Positions 10,224 to 19,423 of a stretch of DNA of 64,000 nt are shown here, piece after piece (the stretch's first letter is position 1; each line of letters opens with the position of its first letter). Made by a program: the position numbers and the translations under genes. The notes under the pieces are model-generated. The model saw only the letters and a program-made list of their open reading frames with translations, made no database searches and was not told the origin of the DNA. This stretch comes from an uncultured Bacilli bacterium. Lineage in GTDB: Bacteria; Bacillota_I; Bacilli_A; RFN20; CAG-288. The DNA is taken from the NCBI GenBank assembly GCA_963544395.1, contig CAUUFA010000005.1, forward strand, positions 7,499-71,498, given 5' to 3'.

Positions 10224-11591
10224 TCAGCTGTCTTTCTTCTCATCGACATAATCGATGAAGCTGAACGCATTGACAATGGCGTTGCGATAGGTGTCATAGC
10301 TTCCGACGCAGGTGATAGACTTGTTCGGCAACCGCATGATGTCATCACTCAAGGTCATCCCAACTCTGGTTCCATACGAGTTGACGGCGACGAAGGCGGA
10401 CTGGAGGACGGTGTTCGTCTCGATGCTATTGATCCTCTTGACACCTTCTTCGTCAAAGAATTTGGCGGAGACTTTCGGATCGGTGGTATAGACGATGATG
10501 TTGCTTCTTAATCCTGGGATGTGAACCGCAGGGAAGCGGGTGATGGAGTCCGGGAGGCAGGTGTTGTTCTTATCGCCCATATAAACGATGATAAACGCTT
10601 CGTGTGAGCTGACTTCCATATCGTAGACGTGGAGACGTCCGAAGAGGCCGGAGACGATTTCTTTTCCGCCCTCCTGACGATTTGCTTTTTCGATGTCGCG
10701 GTTTCGCTTCTCGTTCTCTTTCTGAAAGTTGGCTTCATCGGACAGATCCAGATCGAGGACGGTCATATCCTTGCTGGCGACTTCCTGGGTCCCGGTGACG
10801 GTATCGCTGCTGACCTGAGGAACATAAGGCGTGCCATCCAGAGAGAGAAGGATGGTGGGTTTACGGTTTGCGTCGGCGATGCTTCTAGCGGGAACGATGA
10901 CGGAGATTTCACCCATGCGGAATTCTTTTTCGTTTCTCTTCGCTTCTACGATGCAGCGGGATTCGATGTTGTTGACGTTTTTGAAGTAGTGCGCCTTGAA
11001 GACGTCGAAATCATCGAACTTGGCATCGAGGGCAAGCTGAGGATCCTGAAGCTTCAGTTCAGGAGCGACATAGCCGTTGATCTTGTCCTGGTAGGTCTGC
11101 AGATACTCGCGGGCGATCTTTCCACGCTGTTTCGAGATGAGGGAAGAGAGGATGAAGGAAGCGATGACAAAGACGAGGCCGATGCCAAGCATCGTCCACT
11201 GGATCCAAGCCAAACCGGCTTTCCCCCGCGTGAGGAAGGTGGCGAGAAGGACGGCACCGAAGACGACGAGGATGACGCCCATGCAGAGCCCATTGAGGAC
11301 GGAGTTCTTCTTGAACTTCTGTCCGGTTTCCTTCGCTAAGGCATCGATCTGCTCGTCGATGGTGACGGAATCATCCAAAGGATGGACCGGCTGAAAATAA
11401 GCGGGGACAGACGAGTTGTTTCTTCCTTTTCCGTTGTAGGTTCCTTCCACAAGGTCGAGCTGCTCTTCAACCGTGTCCGTGTCAGAACTTTGGGCATAGG
11501 CAGCTTCGGCGATGATGTTGTGATGCTCGTCTTCCGGCTTTTTATCTTCGCTTTCGGTTGAAGCGAGCGTTTCGTTTTTGATCTCTTCCAT
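10224..11591 (-). CDS. Hypothetical membrane protein with an acidic N-terminus, two TM helices and a roughly 300 aa C-terminal domain
   Basis: 455 aa. Two hydrophobic helices (LCMGVILVVFGAVLLATFL and WTMLGIGLVFVIASFILSSLI). No recognisable catalytic motif. Upstream -10 TATATAAT and RBS AAGAGG. Confidence 0.5.
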   Translation of the reverse strand: MEEIKNETLASTESEDKKPEDEHHNIIAEAAYAQSSDTDTVEEQLDLVEGTYNGKGRNNSSVPAYFQPVHPLDDSVTIDEQIDALAKETGQKFKKNSVLNGLCMGVILVVFGAVLLATFLTRGKAGLAWIQWTMLGIGLVFVIASFILSSLISKQRGKIAREYLQTYQDKINGYVAPELKLQDPQLALDAKFDDFDVFKAHYFKNVNNIESRCIVEAKRNEKEFRMGEISVIVPARSIADANRKPTILLSLDGTPYVPQVSSDTVTGTQEVASKDMTVLDLDLSDEANFQKENEKRNRDIEKANRQEGGKEIVSGLFGRLHVYDMEVSSHEAFIIVYMGDKNNTCLPDSITRFPAVHIPGLRSNIIVYTTDPKVSAKFFDEEGVKRINSIETNTVLQSAFVAVNSYGTRVGMTLSDDIMRLPNKSITCVGSYDTYRNAIVNAFSFIDYVDEKKDS

Positions 11592-11700
11592 GATGAGTAC
11601 CTCTTGGCAGCGTCAAGCTGCAATGTACATAAATTATATAAAAATAATAGTCTTTTTAATAGATAAAGGAAAAGAAATTTTCGTTTTCCGGAAACAGAAA

Positions 11701-11768
11701 AGCGAGGACGTCTTGGTTATCGGTGAGGAGAGAAGAGTGTGTCCTCGCTTGTGGTTTACTTTTTTTTC
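11701..11768 (-). terminator. Candidate terminator or regulatory hairpin downstream of yhaM with an unusually long loop
   Basis: Inverted repeat agcgaggac (11701-11709) / gtcctcgct (11741-11749) with a 31 nt loop. T-rich stretch on the minus strand after it. A plus-strand T8 at 11761-11768 overlaps the yhaM KKK codons. Confidence 0.3.
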
Positions 11769-12733
11769 AGGTCTTCCGGCTTGTAGAACATCTGATTTTC
11801 CATCCAGGGGATGCGGGCGGTGAACTCACCTTCGTTGGTGGTCAGATAGGCGCCCCTCAGGCATTCCATCTTTGCATCGAGATCATCGAGGGAGTGAAGC
11901 ATGTAAGCTTCAGCAGTGGCAGGAAGCTTCGGGGAACCGAACTCATACTCGCCGTGGTGAGCTAAGATCATATGAGTTAAGACTGTCAGCTTCTCCGGAT
12001 CGGTATGAAGTTCAACACCTTTCTCGTGGACCATCATCGCACCGATGACGATGTGGCCGACGAGGTTGCCCTCCGTGGTGTACGAGGCGGCGGTGGCGCT
12101 AGAGAGCTCCCTTGTTTTTCCGATGTCGTGAAGCAGGGCTCCGGAGATGAGATAATCCTTGCTGAGATAAGGGTAATTGCTTTGAATCATGATCGCCATC
12201 CGGCAGATGGAGAGCGAGTGGAAGAGCAAGCCTCCGAGATAGGCATGATGAACGGTGACGGCGGCAGGATAGGTGATGAAATCGGCGTAGTGCTCCCGGA
12301 GCAAAGTCTCGACAAGCTTCCGAAGATCATCATCTTCAATCGCTTGGATATCCTGGGTCAGCTCTTCTTCCATCTTCTCCCGTTGTGTCGGAGCGGTTGG
12401 CACATATTTTGCCATATCGACTTGATCCAGTCTCACTTCATTCAGCTCATTGATCTTGAGCTGTGGATGCCCGCGGTAGTTGCCGGATATGCCGATGACA
12501 TGGACGAGAGCGCCTGGCTGGGCGAGCTCGAGATCGGTATCGTCGATGGACCACATCTTAGCATCGATGGTTCCGGTGACATCCTGAAGTGTCAGGCTGA
12601 GATAGGGCGAGCCGTTTGTTGAGGTGGCTCTGGTCGCCTGCTTGACCATGAAGATCTCGTTGACCGGACCTTCGGAATTGATAATGTCTTTAATCATGGA
12701 ATGAATACCCTTCCCTTTCTGCGATGGATTCAA
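11756..12733 (-). CDS. yhaM: 3'-5' exoribonuclease YhaM (OB-fold plus HD domain)
   Basis: 325 aa. N-terminal OB-fold region and HD-domain metal motifs (HD..H.LAHHGEYEFGSP), YhaM size. Confidence 0.72.
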   Translation of the reverse strand: MNPSQKGKGIHSMIKDIINSEGPVNEIFMVKQATRATSTNGSPYLSLTLQDVTGTIDAKMWSIDDTDLELAQPGALVHVIGISGNYRGHPQLKINELNEVRLDQVDMAKYVPTAPTQREKMEEELTQDIQAIEDDDLRKLVETLLREHYADFITYPAAVTVHHAYLGGLLFHSLSICRMAIMIQSNYPYLSKDYLISGALLHDIGKTRELSSATAASYTTEGNLVGHIVIGAMMVHEKGVELHTDPEKLTVLTHMILAHHGEYEFGSPKLPATAEAYMLHSLDDLDAKMECLRGAYLTTNEGEFTARIPWMENQMFYKPEDLKKK

Positions 12734-13544
12734 TCTCGTCGTAGCGGAATCCTTTCATCTTCATTTTCTGGAAGAACAGTGCTTTCTTCTTATGGGAATC
12801 GATGGTTTTCCGTACGATGGCATTATAGCATTTCTGCGCCTCTTTCTTCAGCAAAACGCTTCGAAGATTCTGGTCTTCTTCTTTTTCTGCCTCTCCTCTA
12901 TTCAGGTAGTAAAGACGGATCGCCTCACGGGCTATAGAGAGGGGATAACCTCTTCGAATCAGAAAGGCCTGGATGACCTCTTTCCGTTTTTCCATGGTGT
13001 TTTGTCTGAGCAGACGGTCTTTCTTTTCGACCAGCAAAGGAAGAGCAGCAGCGGACTTCTCAAACTGCGAGATGATTTTATTCTCTCTTAGGATTGACTC
13101 AGGGATGCCTCTCTTCTTTAATTCAGAGACGATGTAGTTTTCACCATATCCGCCCTCGCTCTTCAAGGTGGCAAAATCTTCAGCATAGGAGAGGTCGTCG
13201 AGGACCCCAGCCTCTTGGTAAGGAACTAAAAACGAATTGATTTTCTCTTCCGGGAAAGAAGGAAAACGATGCCGGATCTTCTCTTTTGCCCCTTGGATGG
13301 TATAGCGGTGCTTTTGTAGAAGCAGAGCGATATAGTCTTTTGCGCTCTTCTCTTTGGAACAGGCTTTCAGACGCTGAAACTCTTCTTTTGATAGCTTCTT
13401 TCCGGGATAGTAAAATCCATCGCTGTAATCAGAGAGCGAGAGACTGAACTTTTCCAAAGGAAAAACGATGGTCACACCGTTTTTCTCTGGGGAGATATCG
13501 ATGATGGTTCTAGAAGCTGTGTCGGATGGTCTTTCGATAGACAT
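12690..13544 (-). CDS. RecX-like regulatory protein (start probably at the internal Met, MSIERPSD)
   Basis: Helical, repeat-containing protein of roughly 280-298 aa with RecX-like size. Low sequence certainty. The ORF 5' end overlaps the GT4 3' end, so a later start is more likely. Confidence 0.35.
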   Translation of the reverse strand: MSIERPSDTASRTIIDISPEKNGVTIVFPLEKFSLSLSDYSDGFYYPGKKLSKEEFQRLKACSKEKSAKDYIALLLQKHRYTIQGAKEKIRHRFPSFPEEKINSFLVPYQEAGVLDDLSYAEDFATLKSEGGYGENYIVSELKKRGIPESILRENKIISQFEKSAAALPLLVEKKDRLLRQNTMEKRKEVIQAFLIRRGYPLSIAREAIRLYYLNRGEAEKEEDQNLRSVLLKKEAQKCYNAIVRKTIDSHKKKALFFQKMKMKGFRYDEIESIAEREGYSFHD

Positions 13545-14691
13545 GCAGCATCCTTTCATAAAATGAAGCTTCAGAATAAAGCTCATCGTTCTTCGCTTTG
13601 GCGCTGTCGATGATCTCTATTCTTATTTCGAAATCCAAGGTGAGGACTTTGTGAATCTGATCGGGCAGAATATTGATGGAATCATAGTAGAATCCTGTTT
13701 TCCCATCCTGAATCAGAGGCTCGAGATTGAAATCGTATTTCACCAGGATCAAGGCACCGGAGGCGATTGCCTCAGAATAGGTAAGGCCTTGTGTTTCCGA
13801 TGTCGAGGCACAGAGGAAGGCATCGCACATCCGATAGAAGAATCCGGTCTCCTCATGGGGAACGGCAGGGATGAAGAGGATGTCTTTCCGCACTGGAGAG
13901 GCTTCTGCCTCCGCCTTCAGTTTCTTCTCCTCAGGGCCATCGCCGACGATCATCAGGACGGTGTCTTCGTCCTGGTATTTGATCTTGTAGGCGGTGAATC
14001 CATCGATCAGTTCTTTGATGTTCTTTTCAAAAGCGAGGCGGCCAAGGGAGAGAAGAATACGTTTTCCGGTGAGCTGATGTTCTTTTCGGAAATTCTCCTC
14101 TTTGATAGGATCCTGTTTGATCTGGAATTCAGAGAAGTCTAAGGCGTTAGGAATCACGTTGATATACTGGCTGACTCCGGAAAGGCGCAGCTTCTTCCTC
14201 GATTTCAGGGAAGGTGTGACGATCTCGCATTTCGGAGGAATGACGAAACGGGTGACGGAGCGGATGGCTTTCTTAGTCAGATGATCGGTGACTTTCGCAC
14301 CGTGAGAGAGGTAGTTCGAATAATCCTCGTAGGAGGTGTGATAAGTGTAAACCATCGGGATGTGAAGCTTCTTTCCACAGAGTCTCCCAAAGAGCGAGAT
14401 GCCGAACTCCTGCTGGATGTGGAACACGTCGAAAGGAATCTTTTTCAGGATCCGATAGGCTTTTTTGTTGAAGAAGAAAGCCATGCGGTAGCCGTAGAGG
14501 AACTTCAGGGTCATGCCGGGAATGCGGAGGATGTCATCCTGAAAGGTGACTTCCCTCTGTCTCGGCAATCCCGTCGTGATGACAATGACGCGGTGACCGT
14601 GAGAGACGAAGATATCATGAAGGGTGCGGCAGGCGGTCGCTACCCCGTTGATGTCCGGGGCATAAGTGTCTGTGAAAACGCCGATGATCAT
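13510..14691 (-). CDS. Family 4 (GT-B) glycosyltransferase, probable glycolipid or diacylglycerol glycosyltransferase
   Basis: 393 aa. N-terminus MIIGVFTDTYAPDINGVA typical of GT4. C-terminal EX7E-like acidic motifs. Overlaps the upstream membrane-protein gene by 4 nt. Confidence 0.78.
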   Translation of the reverse strand: MIIGVFTDTYAPDINGVATACRTLHDIFVSHGHRVIVITTGLPRQREVTFQDDILRIPGMTLKFLYGYRMAFFFNKKAYRILKKIPFDVFHIQQEFGISLFGRLCGKKLHIPMVYTYHTSYEDYSNYLSHGAKVTDHLTKKAIRSVTRFVIPPKCEIVTPSLKSRKKLRLSGVSQYINVIPNALDFSEFQIKQDPIKEENFRKEHQLTGKRILLSLGRLAFEKNIKELIDGFTAYKIKYQDEDTVLMIVGDGPEEKKLKAEAEASPVRKDILFIPAVPHEETGFFYRMCDAFLCASTSETQGLTYSEAIASGALILVKYDFNLEPLIQDGKTGFYYDSINILPDQIHKVLTLDFEIRIEIIDSAKAKNDELYSEASFYERMLHVYRKTIRHSF

Positions 14692-16343
14692 AGCTTTTTC
14701 TCCTTCTCTTCCGGCTCTTCTGAGGTCAGGGTTCTAATCTGATGGAACTCCGGACCGTCGAGTCGGATCCCTTCGTCGCTGACGCTGACCTGTGTACCTT
14801 TGGGCTGATACTCCTCCAACTCTCTTTTCTCCTGCTTGATTCTCCTCTGCTTCTTTTTCTCCAGTTTTGCCAAGCGCTTCTGACGGGATTTCTGTTGGAT
14901 CTTCGCCGAGATCTCAAACTCAGCTTCCGTCGCTGCCTCAATCTCGGGATCCTGTTTCTGTTTCAGGAGGTTTTCGCTCTCCTGCAAGGCTTTAGCAAGA
15001 TCCTTCTTCCTTTCTTCGAGGATGGATTTCAGCTCGGCATCGGTGATCTCAGGCTGCACCGCCTCTTTCGGCTGATTGAGGACACTCTCCTTGATGCGGT
15101 TAAAGGACTCTTCCAACTCCTCGTTGGTGAGGAGCTCTCGATGATGGTGTTCTTTCTCCCCTTTGCTCTTGTACTGCACGGCAGAAAGGAACTCGCTTGT
15201 CGCATCGTCCTTGTTCTCGCTCAAGGCGATGACTTCTAAGTCATAGATGGTCGCTGTATCAGAAAGGAAGGCGTAGGTCCGCTTCTCTTTCGGTCCGCGA
15301 TAAAGGACGATAGTCAGTAGACCCAGAAGGAAAATCAGATAGAAGGTGATGCTTCGCCAGATGATGTTGGTGGCGGAGGCTATTGTGGCAGCATCCTGTG
15401 AAACTGAAGACAGTATCTGTGAAAAGATGGTCTGGAAAGCGATCTCGGGTGCTCCGACGCTGAGATAGGAAGCAATGGTAGAGACATAGCCTGCACCGAT
15501 GAAGGTAGAGAGGAAGGAGACGCTGCGGATATCGATGTTCAGCGACCAGAGGATGATGAAAGGGATGATGCTTAAGAGGAACTGCTTCAGCAGGCTCAGC
15601 AACAAGGAGGCAAAGACTCTCTGCTTATGTCCGAACATCCGCTTGAGCTCGATGCGGTAGGTGACGAAGCGGAGCGTGAGCTTCTTTCTCGTCTTCTCAG
15701 GATCGCGGATGATCTTGATCTTCGCAAGAAGATCGACCACATCGTTGATGACAAAGCGGTGGATACTCGGATTGAGTGCAAGTGCAAGGATGATGAGGAG
15801 GAACGAAGTCTGAAAGACTAAGCCGTAGAGAGCAAACCAGATGATCGGAAGTCCGCCTAAAAAATCCAGATAGACGTTCTGCATCTGTGGCAAGCCTAAG
15901 AGAAAGACGGTGATGATATAGATGACGAGAGAGAACTGAAAGATCAGATAGTTCATCGTCAGCGTGCTGGCTGCCTGACCGGGTTTCACGCCTTGTTTAT
16001 GATAGATGTAGGTCTGAAGCAGCGGGGCGGCTGTCTTGAGATAACAGCCGATCAACCCTCCGCCGGCGACATTGATGACACCTTGATGGAAATGGTAATC
16101 CGGGTTGTGAATCCTCGTCAGCAATGTCAGGGATATTCCGTCGAGCACGATGGAGAGTAGAAGGACCAGGATCGCCAGAATCAACGGAAAGAATCCAGCT
16201 CCTCCAAGGTAGCGGAAGGTCCGGTAAGGATCGTCCTTGAGCACATAGTAAATGCCGATCGCGGTCAGCGTGGCGAAGAAGAGTATCTGCAGCGTCCGCT
16301 TGAGATATTTCTTTCCTTTGCTCTTGTCGGCGGCTCGTTCCAT
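14688..16343 (-). CDS. MprF/LPG-synthase-TM-like (UPF0104) polytopic membrane protein with a roughly 180 aa charged coiled-coil C-terminal tail
   Basis: 551 aa. About 8 TM helices over the first 370 aa, then a Lys/Glu-rich low-complexity tail. Translationally coupled to the GT4 gene. Confidence 0.55.
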   Translation of the reverse strand: MERAADKSKGKKYLKRTLQILFFATLTAIGIYYVLKDDPYRTFRYLGGAGFFPLILAILVLLLSIVLDGISLTLLTRIHNPDYHFHQGVINVAGGGLIGCYLKTAAPLLQTYIYHKQGVKPGQAASTLTMNYLIFQFSLVIYIITVFLLGLPQMQNVYLDFLGGLPIIWFALYGLVFQTSFLLIILALALNPSIHRFVINDVVDLLAKIKIIRDPEKTRKKLTLRFVTYRIELKRMFGHKQRVFASLLLSLLKQFLLSIIPFIILWSLNIDIRSVSFLSTFIGAGYVSTIASYLSVGAPEIAFQTIFSQILSSVSQDAATIASATNIIWRSITFYLIFLLGLLTIVLYRGPKEKRTYAFLSDTATIYDLEVIALSENKDDATSEFLSAVQYKSKGEKEHHHRELLTNEELEESFNRIKESVLNQPKEAVQPEITDAELKSILEERKKDLAKALQESENLLKQKQDPEIEAATEAEFEISAKIQQKSRQKRLAKLEKKKQRRIKQEKRELEEYQPKGTQVSVSDEGIRLDGPEFHQIRTLTSEEPEEKEKKL

Positions 16344-16347
16344 GGGA

Positions 16348-18018
16348 CTAGAGAAGCGCCTCGACCTCTTGGATTCGTCTCTCGATCTCAGGTTTTCCTA
16401 AGATTGTCAGGACATCGAAGAGCTTAGGAGACTGAGTGGAGGCACATAAAGCGATGCGGATTAAGGAGATGACATCGGCATACCAGCCTTTGAAAGCGGT
16501 TGGATCCTTCTTGTAGACTTTCCGGTCATCGGCAAAACCGTGCCTGGTTCCTAACACCTTCATCGCCGCAAACCAGGTGTTCTCATCCTCGCGTTCCAGA
16601 TCTAGGGTCTCGGCAAAATCAGCGAGCACCGCCTTGATGGTGTCGTGGTTGATGAACGCGCTGAAAGGCAGGGGTTCTTTGATCAGCGCATCGAATTTAT
16701 CCGGATAGAAGAAACGGATCTTCGGGGTGACATCGGAGAAGCGGATATAGTCTTTCCTAGGCTTCTCCTGATCTCTCTCGATGTTGATGATCGACTCGAA
16801 ACGATCTCGGTCAGCCTGGATGTAACCGGCGAGCTCGGAGTCGTTGTTCTCTGCCCATTCCAAGGCCAGATCGGTGAATGTCTTCTTGTCGTAGTTGGCT
16901 AACACTTCCTTAGAGATGTTCTCCAGTTTGGGGATGTCGAAGAGGGCGCCATCCAAAGAGAATTTGCTAAACGAAAGCTGGAAATCCTTCATCTGTCCGT
17001 GCGGATTATCCATCAGCCACTGCTCGAAGTTGGAGTTAGCGATGGTGAGCAGGTACTTGATCACGCCTTCGACAGGGTAGCCTTCCGTCAAGAAGTTGGC
17101 AGACGCGGCTTCCGGATCTTTCCGCTTGGAAAGTTTTCTCTTATTCCCGGTCTCCTTGTCGTTGATCATGATGACTGGAAGATGAGCGTATTTCGGAGCC
17201 TTCCAACTCATGGAAGCGAAAAGCTCTAAGTGGATCGGAAGCGAAGAGATCCACTCTTCACCACGGGTGACCAAGGTGGTGTGCATAAAGTGATCATCGA
17301 CGAGATGAGCAAAATGATAGGTCGGAAGACCATCACTCTTCAGGATGACGATATCCTGATCGTTCTCGGTCAGCTCCATATCGCCACGGATCTCATCGTG
17401 GGCCGTGATGTGGTTGAGATGGTTTCCCTTCGACTTGAAGCGGATGACATACGGCTTTCCGGCCTTGATGTTGTCGATGTATTCCTGGACGGAGACATGA
17501 TGCCATTTCGCATATTCGCCATAGTAGCCAGGGATGACTTTGTTGGCTTCCTGAACAAGGCGGAGCTGATCTAGCTCTTCCTTCGAACAGAAGTCAGGAT
17601 AAGCTCTTCCTTTTCGGATGAGCTCTTTGATGCAGATCTTATAGATGTCGGCGCGTTTGGATTGGGTGTAAGGTCCATAGTCTCCCTTCTCATGGTCGCC
17701 AAAATAGCCTTCGTCGAAAGTGATGCCGAAACGCTTGAGCTGCTCAACGAGATCGAGACCGGTTCCGGCAATCTCTCTCTTCTGGTCGGTATCCTCCAAG
17801 CGGAAGAAGGCAACGCCGTCAGACTGCTTTGCAAACTTCCAGGCGACGAGGGCGGTGAATAAGGAACCAGTGTGAAGGAAGCCGGTCGGAGAAGGGGCAA
17901 AACGGGTGACTTCTGCGCCTTCCGGCAGCTTTCTATCCGGATAGCGCTCTTCCAGGCCTTTGACGGTCTCTGTGATCTCCGGGAAGATCAGGTCAGCTAA
18001 TTCTTTGTTTGTTGCCAT
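16348..18018 (-). CDS. gltX: Glutamate--tRNA ligase (bacterial type)
   Basis: 556 aa. Class I motifs RFAPSPTGFLHTG (HIGH region) and KLSKRK (KMSKS). Confidence 0.85.
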   Translation of the reverse strand: MATNKELADLIFPEITETVKGLEERYPDRKLPEGAEVTRFAPSPTGFLHTGSLFTALVAWKFAKQSDGVAFFRLEDTDQKREIAGTGLDLVEQLKRFGITFDEGYFGDHEKGDYGPYTQSKRADIYKICIKELIRKGRAYPDFCSKEELDQLRLVQEANKVIPGYYGEYAKWHHVSVQEYIDNIKAGKPYVIRFKSKGNHLNHITAHDEIRGDMELTENDQDIVILKSDGLPTYHFAHLVDDHFMHTTLVTRGEEWISSLPIHLELFASMSWKAPKYAHLPVIMINDKETGNKRKLSKRKDPEAASANFLTEGYPVEGVIKYLLTIANSNFEQWLMDNPHGQMKDFQLSFSKFSLDGALFDIPKLENISKEVLANYDKKTFTDLALEWAENNDSELAGYIQADRDRFESIINIERDQEKPRKDYIRFSDVTPKIRFFYPDKFDALIKEPLPFSAFINHDTIKAVLADFAETLDLEREDENTWFAAMKVLGTRHGFADDRKVYKKDPTAFKGWYADVISLIRIALCASTQSPKLFDVLTILGKPEIERRIQEVEALL

Positions 18019-18069
18019 AAGAAGTTTTTTCTCTCTTTCTATATTTTTGTCTCTGAAATCATGTTTTTC

Positions 18070-19218
18070 TCACTCATCGATCGGTTTGATGTAGAAGCGG
18101 CCATAAACCTGCTTGAGATCTGTGATGGCGATGAAGGAATAGGGATCGACGGATTTTGATACTTTCACCGCCCGCTTTGCCTCAGAGCGGGAGATGACCA
18201 TGTAGATGACGGTCTTCTTCTTTCCGGTGTAGGCCCCTTTGCCTTCGATGATGGTGGCGGAGTGCGGGAAGGCGCGGATCATGACGGTGGCAAGATCGGG
18301 AACATCGGTGAAGATCTGCAGCTCCTGCTTCTTGTTCTTGGTGTTTAAGAAGTCTAGGACATGGACGGAGACGAAGAGGTAGATGAAGGTGTAAAGCATA
18401 TAGCGGATGGTCTCGTTGTTTTCCTGAGGGTTGACTATCTCGTTGGTGGAGTGGGAAATGGCGGCGAAGAGGACGTAGGTAGCGATGATCGTGCCGTTGA
18501 TGATGAAGGAGAACTTGCCGGCGGCAGAGCCTTTCTTCTCCGCGATGAAGAAGGAGATGACATCCGTTCCGCCAGCGGAAGTTCCGATCATCATGGCCGC
18601 TCCGGAAGCGATGCCGGTGCAGATGCCGCCGAAGATGGCTCTCGCCAGCATGTCGTCATATAAGTTGACGACGTTGTAAATCCAGGAATCAGGGATAATG
18701 GTCTGAAAGAGGGAAACGAAGATGACATTGATCAGAGTGAAGATGGTGAATTGCTTAGAAATTTTGAACCAGCTGAGAATGACGAGCGGAATGTTGAGTG
18801 CGAAGTAGAGGATGGAGATGAGGAGCTTGTCATTGTTCATGACCCAGACCGAGAAATCGCCTGGGAAGATCTCCGCGAACTTGATGATCACCTGAGAGGT
18901 TCCAGAGGCGCCTCCGGATACGAAGTGGGTCACGCCGTGGATTTGGATGTAATCCATTCCTTTGGCGATGGCATCGGCATAGTTCATCGTGTTGGGATCA
19001 TAATGCACAGCGGCGAACTGAGAGGAGTTGGAGCGGATGGCAAATTCAGCGGCGAGCGTGACGTTGGGGTTGACAAAAGCACGGAAGCCCCAGGCGAAAA
19101 GAAAACAGGACGTGATGGTGATGAAGAATTTCCACGCCCAGGTCAGCCATCGCTTCGTCTTCGGATGGTCGATGATGTAATCTCCGGCTTGGTGTTTGAC
19201 TTTATTCAGCCATTGCAT
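18070..19218 (-). CDS. YitT-family membrane protein (DUF161 / DUF2179)
   Basis: 382 aa. Polytopic N-terminus and a C-terminal DUF2179-like domain. Confidence 0.65.
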   Translation of the reverse strand: MQWLNKVKHQAGDYIIDHPKTKRWLTWAWKFFITITSCFLFAWGFRAFVNPNVTLAAEFAIRSNSSQFAAVHYDPNTMNYADAIAKGMDYIQIHGVTHFVSGGASGTSQVIIKFAEIFPGDFSVWVMNNDKLLISILYFALNIPLVILSWFKISKQFTIFTLINVIFVSLFQTIIPDSWIYNVVNLYDDMLARAIFGGICTGIASGAAMMIGTSAGGTDVISFFIAEKKGSAAGKFSFIINGTIIATYVLFAAISHSTNEIVNPQENNETIRYMLYTFIYLFVSVHVLDFLNTKNKKQELQIFTDVPDLATVMIRAFPHSATIIEGKGAYTGKKKTVIYMVISRSEAKRAVKVSKSVDPYSFIAITDLKQVYGRFYIKPIDE

Positions 19219-19423
19219 AATGAAATCTCGGGTAGTGCCTTTCGTTAATCAAATAGTATCGTAAATAATATATATATTTCTTAATTTTTTTCAACAGATT
19301 TTGGGTTTGCGGACAAGGAAATCACAGATGCCTAATTTTTCCCTGAAACCCGGCATTTTGTTTTGAAACCCCATGTCATCTTCACTATAATATTCTTTAG
19401 AAGATCTTTGGGGGATTAACACC

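Noticed and set aside
16348-18018. The 556 aa length of this class I synthetase suggested GlnRS rather than GluRS.
   Set aside because: The HIGH-region context RFAPSPTGFLH and the overall N-terminal pattern match bacterial GluRS rather than GlnRS (RFPPEPNGYLH). The extra length is attributed to insertions.
19219-19423. Looked for catabolite-responsive (cre) or GalR operators in the yitT / galK divergent promoter region (for example tgaaacccggcatt).
   Set aside because: The candidates do not satisfy the central CG of the cre consensus TGWAANCGNTNWCA. No convincing palindrome.
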